DNA of 64,000 bases from Blepharisma stoltei ATCC 30299 (GCA_965603825.1 CBFDEM010000016.1:248001-312000), one strand, 5' to 3'; numbered from the stretch's first letter, positions 25,602-37,655 are shown. Translations and numbers: made by a program. Notes: generated by a model not told the origin, from the letters alone.

Positions 25602-26342
25602 TCAAAAGAAAAATTAAGTTAAAAGGGATTTATTAGAGGCTATAAAATAAGAAAAAATTACTTTGAAGAGAACAAGTTGACCCTATCAGCGATTTGTTAA
25701 GAGTCGAAAAAGAAAGAAACTTTTTATTAGAAATTAAGCTAGCTGCATATAAAATGGCTATTAAAAGTCAAAATAATCAGATTGAGTCCTTGAAGGCAAA
25801 TTTAGAGCATTATGCCAAAAGATTTAAAGAAAAAGACGATGAAGTAAAATGGCTAAATGAAGAATTGAGAAAAGCTCTCGATAATAAAAGTATCCTTAAA
25901 AGAGTTATGTTTCGCTAATAATTGATGATGTGAACCTGGAAGTTCGAATGCTCCCATCTGGAACTCCTTGCTCCTATTCTTCTGCTATTTATTTCAATAA
26001 AAGTATTTATTGTTTAGTGGAATGGATAGTTATAGCGACTTAACTCTTTCAGAGAGATTTGATTTGAATGGAAATCAATGAATCAAATTGAGGCCATTGC
26101 CAAATTCCGATTTCTCTTGCAATTCTATAGTCTTTAATGGGGATATTTTGATTTCTGGAGCGATGTCTTGCAATCTTTTGCATACTCAATTAATAGCAAT
26201 TCATTCATGAGAATTCCGTTTAAATGTGGTAATGGGAAAATTTATGAAAGCAATTTGAGATGAGGCTGTTTAGGAGCAGATAAGAAGCTCAATAATTAGT
26301 ATGAAGTATAGCCAAGTGTATTTTTCATGCAATCGAGGAGCT
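25602..26342 (+). pseudogene. 5'-truncated, deleted and frameshifted copy of the U-box/Kelch gene
   Basis: Matches 22482-22802 then 23466-23959; lacks the U-box; frameshifts and a premature TAG. Confidence 0.88.
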
Positions 26343-26399
26343 AAGCAAGTGGAAAAAAATTTTAATATTAAAATTAAACTGTGGATTTTTTCGAATAAA

Positions 26400-26936
26400 A
26401 TGCACCATATAAGCAGTGTAGCTCAAACTCCGACAATAGAAAATACAATCGAAGATGCCTATATAGATCAAAACTATGCATCTTCTTCTAACAAAAAAGA
26501 AAGATTTCATCATTTTGACAAAGCTTCTCAGAGGTATGAAGTTGGGAGAGAAAATAAGATTTCAGCAACAGAAAATGCACATCTAATAAGGTCTCGCAAA
26601 ATTAGCGCGATCTTACCCTGTAATGATGAACTAGAGCAAAATGCCCTTCAAGATTTACCAATATTTACCAAAGCCTCTGTAGATCAAAATACAGAAAATT
26701 TGATAATAAATTTGGCTGACCTCAGAAAGAGAAACCAAGATAAAAAATGAATTCATCAACAGCAAGCTCAAGGGTTAAAGAAATCTGATTTAAAGACTTG
26801 CCCACAATGCAAAAAAAACACATACCACAAAAGTGGTTTCTGTACAATTTGCAAAAATAAAAATGTAAAGACAGCAGGTAGATGCTGCGTTTTATTATCA
26901 GCTTGCTGCTGTGGAATTATGAGTGCTTTAAGTTAA
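26400..26936 (+). CDS. zinc-ribbon/Cys-rich-tail protein (copy 2)
   Basis: Paralogue of 24389-24922, one codon longer, intact frame. Confidence 0.8.
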
Positions 26937-28210
26937 ATTAATTTATTAATGGCCTCAAAATAGATTAAATTCTCTTTTTACCAAAATTTTTTTCTATAGG
27001 TATTCCCAGATCTTCAGGTTGTGAGGTAAAAATCTAAAAACTTTAATATTTTTCACTATCATGCATAAGAAATCTGAGGAGACTTTTTCGTTTTATAGAA
27101 ACATAAGACTGCTCATTATGCAGAAATTTTAAATTAAAATGGAATTTTTTTCAAATTTCATTTTATGAGATCTGAATTGAATTCATCTCTTTTCTTTTGC
27201 AGTAAATAAGAAAATTTTACCTGCGATTTGAATTAGAAAAACAATTAAAATTGTGAAAACAAAAATTCTGCAAATTGATATCTTTTAAGTAAATATTGGG
27301 ATCAAAGCCTAAATAGCATTATATTAATATTGATGCATTATAGTCAAACTGAATACAAAATAGGAACAATTTTCAAATATTTATATTGACTTGGAGGGAC
27401 AAAACTCTAGGAAAAAAAATTAAAATTCAAAAGGAATAATTAACTATACCAAAATAATTTTTAATAAGTGGATAAATGTTTGGCAACTAATTGTTCACTT
27501 AGATCATTTCTAGCAGGGAATGTATAAAGGTTGTTTAAGAGTTATTAATAATTATAAAAAATTATAGCTTGATACTTATAAATTAAGATTGCTGTTAGTT
27601 AAGCTAAATAATTCTTAAATAAAGCTTAGCCGAGCACGTCTATTGTTTTAAAAATTACGGATAAGTTAAAAGTAAAAGAGATTGAGCTTGAATATACTTA
27701 GAAATTAAATATAAAAATCAGATCCGTAAAAAGATCAAGAAATTTAAATGCTCAATGATGAAGATAAACTAGCCAACTATTGATTAAATTTGCCATTATT
27801 TTTAAGAAAATTGACCCAGCTGTTTTCTGAAAACTTAACCACTATTCAGAATTCTTCACTGTATTTTTAAGGCAGCATGGATACTTGCCTAAGAGATTAA
27901 GCTTAAAAATCTTATTAGGAAATTCTTCTTTAATTATAATTTAAATCTGCAAATATCAGGAGGAGTATTTTAATATATGATGCAGCTCCAATCTCTAGTT
28001 TAATCTTGGCATCTTATTCTTTTCAAATTTAGAGTAAATAAATATTTGTTACTTATTTTGGAGAAATGATGAGAAAAATATAAAACGAAATGTGAGAGTA
28101 TAGCATTAGTTAAAAGCTGAAAAGAAAGAAATTGCATTTATCCATCATATTTTCTTTATATATTTGAATTATCAGGTTTCTTGATTTTTTTAAATTTTTA
28201 TTTTAAAACA

Positions 28211-31200
28211 TTACTTATATAGGTTTAATTTCTGAGGAGTAATTTTTGAATGTAGCACCTGTGATTTCTTTCCAAAAGAAAATGCAAACTTGAATAAAGT
28301 TGAAGTATCTTTGACTTTTTGTCTATATAGCAAGCTTGGATATTTCTTTCTTTGAACAATCAATCCTACTACAACTATTAAAAACCATCCAGATAAAATT
28401 AAAGGCAGATAAGGGAAGCTAGAATTCCCATCAATAGCGCATGCGGTTGATAAAAGCGTTATTCAAGCAACCCCAATCAAACTTAACTGCTGCCATCAGT
28501 TAAACCTTCCATAATTATAAGCTTTGAATTTCCATATAAATCCTGTATATAGAATGATTAAGACTGTAAATACGCATCCATGGGCTATTTCGTTACTTCT
28601 TTTCAAAGTTTTATGCATCACCACCAATATTACCTGAATAACTGTTTTTGACATAAGATACAACGGAAGTGATTTAACATGCAAATTAGATTCTAATTCT
28701 TGCCATAAAGGCCTACAGAACACTGCTAAGGGCTCATAGCAAAATAGTGCAAAGATGGAGAGCACAACATAAATAATATGAGAGCCTTGCCAACAAAACT
28801 GATAGCAATCTTTAGAGAGGAAGCTTTTAGTAAAACTGTTACCTATTGACTCATCACATACAAAAATATCAAGGAGGGTTGATATAAATGGGATAAAGCA
28901 TAAGTTTCCTAATATTGGCATTAATTCTTCAGCCAAAAATCCTAAAACTCTGAAAAGAGAAATATACTCATATTTTTCGTCGATTCGAAACAGTACTATA
29001 AGACATAGGAATAGTCAAAGCCCGCAGAGACCAATGACTGATGTTGAAAGCCACCAAAACTTGCCGTTTTCAAGCTTTAAAAATGATTCAAGATCTAAAG
29101 ATACGAGATCTCCAATATCAGCAATAAAAGAATTTAAAGGCCTAATGTCAGGCCCCATAGAAAGAAGCTGGAAAAATTCAATTATAATACTGGCACCAAT
29201 AATAAAATCTTGGATCGATATTTCTTGGGGTGTTTTGAGCTCCTCAATCTTTATGTTCCATCATTTCTTCCAAATTATGAAGGTTATAATAGCGGTTATA
29301 GCAGCTACAATAAAGCAAATTCCAAAAACCAGAGCTCGGCCCATATAAAATGTTTGCTTTAGCTTGTTATCAAATGGACAATTATTATTAGTGCCCCTGA
29401 AATCTGGAGGCTTAATTGTGGTTCCATCTGAATAGACAATAGGGTGAATTATGGTTAGGAATTCAGAGCTAGAAGGTTTAAGATAGCCTACTGTGTAAAC
29501 TGTTACACCTGCATTAGGGCTATAAGTATTTGCTCTAATAGAAAGACTACTTATAGATCTATCATTAGTATTTTTTTGAATATAAACTGTTCCAGTGCAC
29601 CCTATAAATTTGACATCTCTTATTGATTTTTGAAAGACTGCTGGGTTTTCGTAGTCAAGCCCACGATTGATTGCCCAATCCAAGGCTGAACCAATCAAAT
29701 ATGCAGCATCAAAATAAGGGCACGCAAATAATCCTGGCTCAGTATTATTATAAGTGGAATAAAACTCATCGTAAATTTCCTTACCTTTATTCCCTATGAA
29801 AATTGACTGCCAAATACTCATTAATGGTATTCCAATTTCTATCCTCTTGTAAAGAAACTCATCATTAGTCCCCACTGAGTTAAGGTGGTCAAGATAGCCT
29901 GTATAAAATAAAATATCCCCTTTTCTTAATCCTAAATCATAAAAAGCTTCTACTGCATAATTACACACAGGAGCATTTAGTGTCATTACTACTAACCTAA
30001 CCTTCAAGTCTATAATCTCTTGGAAAACACTTGTTCAATTTTTATTTGTTCTCGAGTCATTGAAGCTGGAATGGCCCTATTAATATTGAGGATATTTACG
30101 TTTTGCTTAGCAGCAGCTTGCGAGACAATAGAGTTAAAGTTAATCCCTATACTGTTATTTTGATATATAAGTGCTATATTCCTTCACCAATAGTTTTTAA
30201 AAATAATGGAATTTGAGCTGCTAAGTCATAATTATTCAAATTCACTCTAGAATAGTAAGGGTATTTCGTAGAGTTCCCGAGAGATACTTCAGTATTTGTA
30301 GCACTGACAAGAGGGGTAGTTCTATTCAATTTTTTGAATGTTATCATATCTCCCATAGCCATACTAGAGCTTAAACCTCCAATATGTGCTAAGCCTAATT
30401 TATTAATATCTTTGCCAAAGCAAGACAGGCAGAAATCAGGATTATATATATTAACTCCACAATCGAACCCGCTTAGCTTAATTTGAAAATTTTGCAGTAT
30501 TTCTGTTCCTGTGTTCATATGTTTAACAGCCAAAGCAATCCCTCTTGTATTTATGGGTACCAGTGCTACTGGATTTCCACCAGGATCAGTTGACCCATTA
30601 CTAGCACTAAAAAAGAGCACTTTTTTCTGCGAAATAGGTATATTTGTAGAACTTCCAGGAAAAATAATTGGAAAATTTAAACTCAATTTGCCATTTTTGA
30701 TTGATCCAACAATCTTTCTCTTAGCTTCTTGAATATTTATTAGCGAAAACTCTGTTACACAATGTCTATTTATACATCTTTCTTCAAGCACCTTTTGGAT
30801 ATTATATGAACTTGAAATATTGCTAAGAGTATCAATCATTTCAGAAATTATATCAATTAAATAATTTTCTTTTGAGTCTGTTAATTCTTTGCCTTTATCC
30901 ACAATTGCGAGAGCGCCTTCAGTGCTCGATCCGTAGCTGCCATCTTCTATGAGCAGAATTCCTGTTCCATTAATAATTAATTTTGAAGAAACCAAATTTT
31001 TCTGAAGTTCAAGAGAAAGCTCTTTATCCAGATATAGATAAAATAGAGAGGAGCCTAATTTCATGATTTCTCTTCCAATCAGATCATGAAAAACGGTGTT
31101 TGAGCCAACTGAATATAAATTAATATTTGATGAATATCCTGAAGCCATCGTGCATAAGCTTGCATACCTTTCTACGTCAGAAATTGCTACTCCATCAATT

Positions 31201-31616
31201 CAGTTGAAATATGTCAAAGTTGAAACTATGGCTTTGCTTAAGTCTTCTTTAGAGCTTGAAAGCAAAAAGGTCCACTTGCTTTGATAAGGCAAGCTATCAG
31301 AAACTAAAAAATGTGCCAGTAAATTGAATTCACAAACTTTCGCAATCTCAAATTGAGAGTTCAAATTATTTGTAATGTCGAAAACTGCAATCAGATTGGG
31401 GTGATTTGATATTTCTTCATCGAAATATGAATCATTGCAATAAAATATTTCGGTTGAGTTTTTATTGAACAACTCTGTACTTGTGATAAAATTTTGCATA
31501 ATTGCTTTTGTTCTATTTGAAAAAACGATTAATACGTCAAAGGAACTTGATGTCACAAAGAGAATCAATAAACAAAGTCAAGCCCAAACTCGGTTGTGAG
31601 AACTGAGATTAAGCAT
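28211..31616 (-). pseudogene. frameshifted copy of the Venus-flytrap/multi-TM receptor-like gene
   Basis: 3406 nt versus 3408 nt for copy B; single-base deletions near 30187 (GGG>GG) and near 30040 (A6>A5) give a premature TAG at 30174. Confidence 0.7.
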
Positions 31617-32048
31617 ATTTATTAAAAAAAAAATAACTTCATAAATCAATATAATTAAGATATTTAAATATAATTAAAAATTCCTTTCCAGCATGCATAC
31701 TTGCTATTGAAATTCTTCTTTAATGACAATTTCATTTCCAAATATCAGGAGGAGTATTTTAATGTATGATACAGCTCCAATCATTGTTTAATCTTGGCAT
31801 CTTCAATTTTTATCAAATTTAGAATATAAAAGCTGCAAGAATAATATATTTATTAATTTATTAATATTTTTTAATTCATGCCATTAATAAAAGTGATATG
31901 GTTTAAATAAATATTTATAACTTATTTTAGAGAAATGATGAGAAAAAATATAAAACGAAATGTTAGAGTATACTATTACTTAAAAACTGAAAAGCAATAA
32001 ATTGATTATTTTCTTTTCCCAATTGTTTTAATTTTTTATTCTAAAACA

Positions 32049-35000
32049 TTACTTATAAAAGTCTAATTTTTGAGGAGTAATTTTTGAATGTAGCATCTGT
32101 GATTTCTTTCCAAAAGAAAATGCAAACTTGAATAAAGTTGAAGTATCTTTGGCTTTTTGTCTATATAGCAAGCTTGGATATTTCTTTCTTTGAACAATCA
32201 ATCCTACTACAACTATTAAAAACCATCCAGATAAAATTAAAGGCAGATAAGGGAAACTAGCATTCCCAAAAATAGCGCATGCGGTTGATAAAAGCGTTAT
32301 TCAAGCAACTCCAATCAAACTTAACTGCTGCCATCAGTTAAACCTTCCATAATTATAAGCTTTGAATTTCCATATAAATCCTGTATACAAAATGATTAAG
32401 ACTGTAAATACGCATCCATGAGCTATTTCGCTGCTTCTTTTCAAAGTTTTATTCATCACCACCAATATTACTTGAATAACTGTTTTTGACATAAGATGCA
32501 ACGGAATTGATTTAACATGCAAATTAGACTGTAATTCTTGCCATAAAGGTCTACAGAATACTGCTAAAGGCTCGTAGCAAAATAATGCAAAGGTGGATAG
32601 CACAACATAAATAATATGAGAGCCCTGCCAACAAAACTGATAGCAATCTTTGGAAAGGAAACTTTTAGTAAAACTGTTACCTATTGACTCATCACATACA
32701 TAAATATCAAGAAGGATTGATACAAATGGGATAAAGCATAAGTTTCCTAATATTGGCATTAATTTGTCAGCAAAAAATCCTAAAGCTCTGAAAAGAGAAA
32801 TGTGCTCATATTTTTCGTCAATTCGAAACAGTACTATATAGCATAGCAATATTCAAAGCCCACAGAGACCAATGACTGATGTTGAAAGCCACCAAAACTT
32901 GCCATTTTCAAGCTTTAAAAATGATTCAAGATCTAACGATAAGAGATCTCCAATATCAGCAATAAAAGAATTTAAAGGCCTAATGTCAGGCCCCATAGAA
33001 AGAAGCTGGAAAAATTCAATTCCAATACTGGCACCAATAATAAAATCTTGGATCGATATTTCTTGGCGGGTTTTGAGCTCCTCAATCTTTATGTTCCATC
33101 ATTTCTTCCAAATTATGAAGGTTATAATAGCGGTTATAACAGCTATAATAAAGCAAATTCCAAAAACCAGAGCTCGGCCCATATAAAATGTTTGCTTTAG
33201 CTTGTTATCAAATGGACAATTATTATTAGTGCCCCTGAAATCTGGAGGCTTAATTGTTGTTCCATCTGAATAGACAATAGGGTGAATTATGGTTAGGAAA
33301 TCAGCGCTAGAAGGTTCGAGATAGCCTAGTGTGTAAACTGTTACACCTTTATCAGGGCTATAACTATTTGCTTTAATAGCAAGACTGTTTATAGATCTAT
33401 CATTAGTATTTCTTTGAATATAAACTGTTCCAGTGCATCCTATAAATTTGACATCTCTTATTGATTTTTGAAAGATTGCTGGGTTTTCGTAGTCAAGCCC
33501 ACGATTGATTGTCCAATCCAAGGCTGAACCAATCAAATATGCAGCATCAAAATAAGGGCATGCAAATAATCCTGGCTCAGTATTATTATAAGTGGAATAA
33601 AGCTCATCGTGAACTTCTATTCCTTTATTCCCTATGAACATTGACTGCCAAGTGCTCATTAATGGTATTCCAAGTTCTATTCTCTTATAAAGAAACTCAT
33701 CATTAGTCCCCACTGAGTTAAGGTGGTCAAGATAGCCTGTATAAAATAAAATATCCCCTTTTCTTAATCCTAAATCATAAAAAACTTCTATTGCATAATT
33801 ACACACAGGAGCATTTAGTGTCATTACTACGAGCCTAACCTTCAAGTCTATAATCTCTTGGAAAACATTTGTTCAATTTTTTATTTGTTCTCGAGTCATT
33901 GAAGCTGGAATGGCCCTATTAGTATTGAGGATTTTTACATTTTGCTTGGCAGCAGCTTGCGAGACAATAAAGTTAAAGTTAACCCCTATACTGTTATTTT
34001 GATATATAAGTGCTATATTCCTTCACCCAATAGTTTTTAAAAATAATGGAATTTGAGCTGCTAAGTCATAATTATTCAAATTCACTCTAGAATAGTAAGG
34101 GTATTTCGTCGAGTTCCCGAGAGATACTTCAGTATTTGTAGCACTGACAAGAGGAGTAGTTTTATTCAATTTTTTAAATGTTATCATATCTCCCATAGCC
34201 ATACTAGAGCTTAAACCTCCAATATGTGCTAAGCCTATTTTATTAATGTCTTTGCCAAAGCAAGATAGGCAGAAATCAGGATTATATATATTAACTCCAC
34301 AATCAAAACCGTTTAGCTTAATTTGAAAATTTTGCAGTATTTCTGTTCCTGTATTCATATGTTTAACAGCCAAAGTAACTCCTCTTGTATTTATGGGTAC
34401 CAGCGCTACTGGATTTCCACCAGGATCAGTTGGCCCATTACTAGCGCTAAAAAACAGCACTTTTTTCTGCGAAATCGGTATATTTGTAGAGTTTCCAGGA
34501 AAAATAATTGGTAAATTTAAACTCAATTTGCCATTTTTGATTGATCCAACAATCTTTCTCTTAGCTTCTTGAATATTTATTAGCGAAAACTCTGTTAAAC
34601 AATGTCTATTTATACATCTTTCTTCAAGTACCTTTTGCATACTATATGAGCTTGAAACATTGCTAAGAGCATCAATCATTTCTGAAATTATATCAATTAA
34701 ATATCTTTCTTTTGAGTCTACTAATTCTCTTCCTTTATCCACAATTGCGAGAGCACCTTCAATACTCGATCCGTAGCTGCCATCTTCTATGAGCAAAATT
34801 CCTGTTCCATTAACTATTAATTTTGAGGAAACCAAATTTTTCTGAAGTTCAAGAGAAAGCGCTTTATCTAGTAATAAATAAAATAGAGAGCAGCCTAATT
34901 CCATGATTTCTCTTCCAACCAGATTTTGAAAAACGGTGTTTGAGCCAACTGAAATTAAATTAATTTTTGATGAATATTCTGAAGCCATCGTGTATAAGCT

Positions 35001-35456
35001 TGCATATCTTTCTACGTCAGCTATAGCTACTCCATCAACTCAATTGAAATATGTCAAAGTTGAAGCTATGGCTTTGCTTAAGTCTTCTTTAGAGCTTGAA
35101 AGTAAAAATGTTCACTTGCTTTGATAAGGCAAGCTATCAGAAACTAAAAAATGTACCAGTAAATTGAACTCACAAACTTTTGCAATCTCAAATTGAGAGT
35201 TCAGATTATTTGTAATGTCGAAAACTGCAATCAGATTGGGGTGATTTGATATTTCTTCATCGAAATATAAATCATTGCAATAAAATATTTCGGTTGAGTT
35301 TTTATTGAATAACTCTGTACTTGTCATCAAATTTTGCATAATTGCTTTTGTTCTATTTGAATAAACGATTAATACGTCAAAGGAACTTGATGCTACAAAG
35401 AGAATCAACAAATAAAGTCAAGCCTTAACTTGCTTGTGAGAACTGAGATTAGGCAT
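32049..35456 (-). CDS. receptor-like protein: signal peptide, ANF-receptor/Venus-flytrap ectodomain, ~9 TM helices
   Basis: Continuous 1135-aa frame with TGA=Trp; IGGLSSS, PLVSATNT...KYPYYSRV, IG[W]RNIALIY, PYFDAAY, FIGCTGTVYI. Confidence 0.85.
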
Positions 35457-36099
35457 ATTTATTAATAAAAAAAAACAGCAGCTTCTAAAGAAATATTATT
35501 AGATTTAAATATAATTAAAAATTCCTTTCCAGCGATGGATTTCAAGTATTTCTTAATTCTATTAAAATAGAAGGGCTTAATAATTTTATTCTAATAGTTC
35601 ATTATCTTATAAAATTCACTCACTTAAAATTGCTGAGTGAGTATCTCCTTTTCTCTTGTCATAATTCAGGTGAAAAATCCAATATAAAGGTTTTTAAAAT
35701 ATAATATTATTAAAAGAAAATAATGCAAATATCATTATTTATAGATTTATAAGTATTAATTTAGTTACAGTTGAATTCTTTACTTAATTGCTATAAGATA
35801 GAATTCATCAAAATATAAACATAAAATGGAATTTTTACCCTCGTTAAAACTTTTAACTATAAACAAATTAATTTCTAATATATTACGTATATTGATCAAA
35901 TTTCTATTGAATTGTAAAATAATATTTCCAAAGTGATAAAGAAAACAATTCATATTTTTAGTTAGATACCAATAAAAAATTTTAGTCGAGTTTTTTTGTT
36001 TTCTTGAAAAATTTCATCAATCCATGAAAAGGCCATTAGCTTACTGGCTCGATTATAAACAATGTACAATATTATATCATAATATCTGGTGACAATTCC

Positions 36100-36367
36100 A
36101 AACTAAATATCATAAATTATTGTTTTTCCATCCAAGGGCTTTGAAAATATTTGCATTCCTCTTTGAGTATTAGCGCAGATGATGTTTTAATTCTTTTTGG
36201 ATATCTTAATTTTCATCTTCTAACTTTTTACCAGCAAAAATGAGTCCTTGTGAGATGGAGGAATCCCTTCTTTATTTGATTTTAGCTTATACATTATCAA
36301 TAGTGTCTGAAGATCCAACGCCGAAGGTGGTAGTTTTTCCAGTCAACATTTCATAGAAAATTTGAAT
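36100..36367 (-). pseudogene. decayed (poly)ubiquitin gene, one full and one partial unit
   Basis: IQIFYEMLTGKTTTFGVGSSDTIDNV*AKIK / KEGIPPS / LIFAGKKLED / DIQKE, then RG-MQIF..LDGKTI; no start ATG, stops and frameshifts. Confidence 0.85.
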
Positions 36368-36632
36368 ATTTAAAGTTTAAATTTGATATTTTAATCTCAG
36401 TTATAATTTAATTTAAGTCTTCTAACGCTTTAAGCACTTCTCAATGGTGAGTAAGTCAAAAGGTAATTATTTATTAATGCCTAATTTATTTGATAAATTC
36501 TGAATGATTCAAGTTTGTAATTTTTTTTAAAGGCATTAAAAATTTATTTTTTTATTTGTCTTAATTTTAAATAGAGAAATATAAATGTATTTAACGATAA
36601 TCTTAAAATATAAAAATTAATCATTTTACCGA

Positions 36633-37655
36633 TTAATTATGGCTAAGCTTTTCATTTACCAAATTTTCGAGTTGCTTCAATTCCTTTTCTTGCAAGTCTA
36701 TTAATTCTTCTCTCTCTGCTAAGCACACTTTTATTTGCTCCAATGTATCATTATTCATAGTCCAAGTCAACACAATATCAGCTACGCTAAGTGCAGCTCC
36801 AGCTGCTCCAAGTATTTTTGCCCCAGGTCCAATCCTCATTAATTTAGGAAAGTTTATTGCCTTTGCAGCATTTGCAGTTTTTGCCGAATTATAAGCTGCG
36901 TTTGCCGCTCTCGCCGCTTTAAAATGATTATAAGCTTTGATGAAAATCGTCGTATTCTTAATTTTACTAGTCATCAATAAAGCTTGTGCAGCTCCTTTTG
37001 TAGCTTCAATAGATTTATCAAGTCTTATAAGCGTAAAATAAAATTTATTAGCAGCGTTCTCTTCATTTTCTAATATTTTTTTCATCTGGGCCAGTCTGTC
37101 TTTTTCTATGAAATGCTGAGCTATTGAGGTTCCTATTGATGTAAGACCTCCAGCTACTAATGCTAAGGCTCCAATCCAAGGAAAAGGCGTAAAAAGCAAC
37201 GCTGTTCCTATGACAGTTCCTGCATTTCCAGAAGTATTAGAAATTTTACAATTCAAGAGATTCTGCTCTAAATCATATTTTAAGCTTATAAGAGCGTCGA
37301 TAGATTTTCTGATGCTGCTTATATAGTCTTTTCTTGAGGCTATGTGCTCATATAAAGAACTCATCAGGCGCTCTAGCAGCTGATTGTTGCCATTTTCAGG
37401 GCGACGATTTAGGGGTTGATTGCGGATTTGCTCTTTGTAGTCGCTAATTAGAGCTTTTATATTGTAGTTTGGGGTGAGATTTCGGCTTGAGAGCTCTTCT
37501 CCTGTTAATGGGTTGGCATTGCTTATTTCCATTCATGCCGCAATGGCTGCTCTCTCATAGGTGTGACCATCTGCTGCAATCACAGGGTCATCCATAAGCT
37601 CTTGAGTTATCGGGCATAGATACTCATTTGGCATATACTGATCAGACCCTTCCAT
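36633..37655 (-). CDS. U-box E3 ligase fused to an apolipoprotein-L-like helical/membrane domain
   Basis: EYLCPITQELMDDPVIAADGHTYERAAIAA[W]...NPLT...PNYNIK (U-box); NCKISNTSGNAGTVIGTALLFTPF...GGLTSIGTSIAQHF and GAALSVADIV + C-terminal zipper (ApoL-like). Confidence 0.8.

Larger units (their letters stand above)
22482..27738. repeat. tandem duplication 1 (unit 1 ~22482-25601, unit 2 ~25602-27734)
   Basis: Colinear high similarity across coding and intergenic DNA; unit 2 has internal deletions. Confidence 0.9.
27873..35540. repeat. tandem duplication 2 (unit A ~27873-31688, unit B ~31689-35529)
   Basis: Two colinear ~3.8-kb copies of the receptor gene with flanks. Confidence 0.93.

Noticed and set aside
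29034-33186. Duplicated 104-aa plus-strand ORFs (29034, 32872)
   Set aside because: Antisense shadows conserved only because the receptor gene is duplicated
35618-35642. ACTCACT/AGTGAGT inverted repeat upstream of receptor copy B
   Set aside because: A 7-bp stem is expected by chance in 64 kb; no second copy noticed
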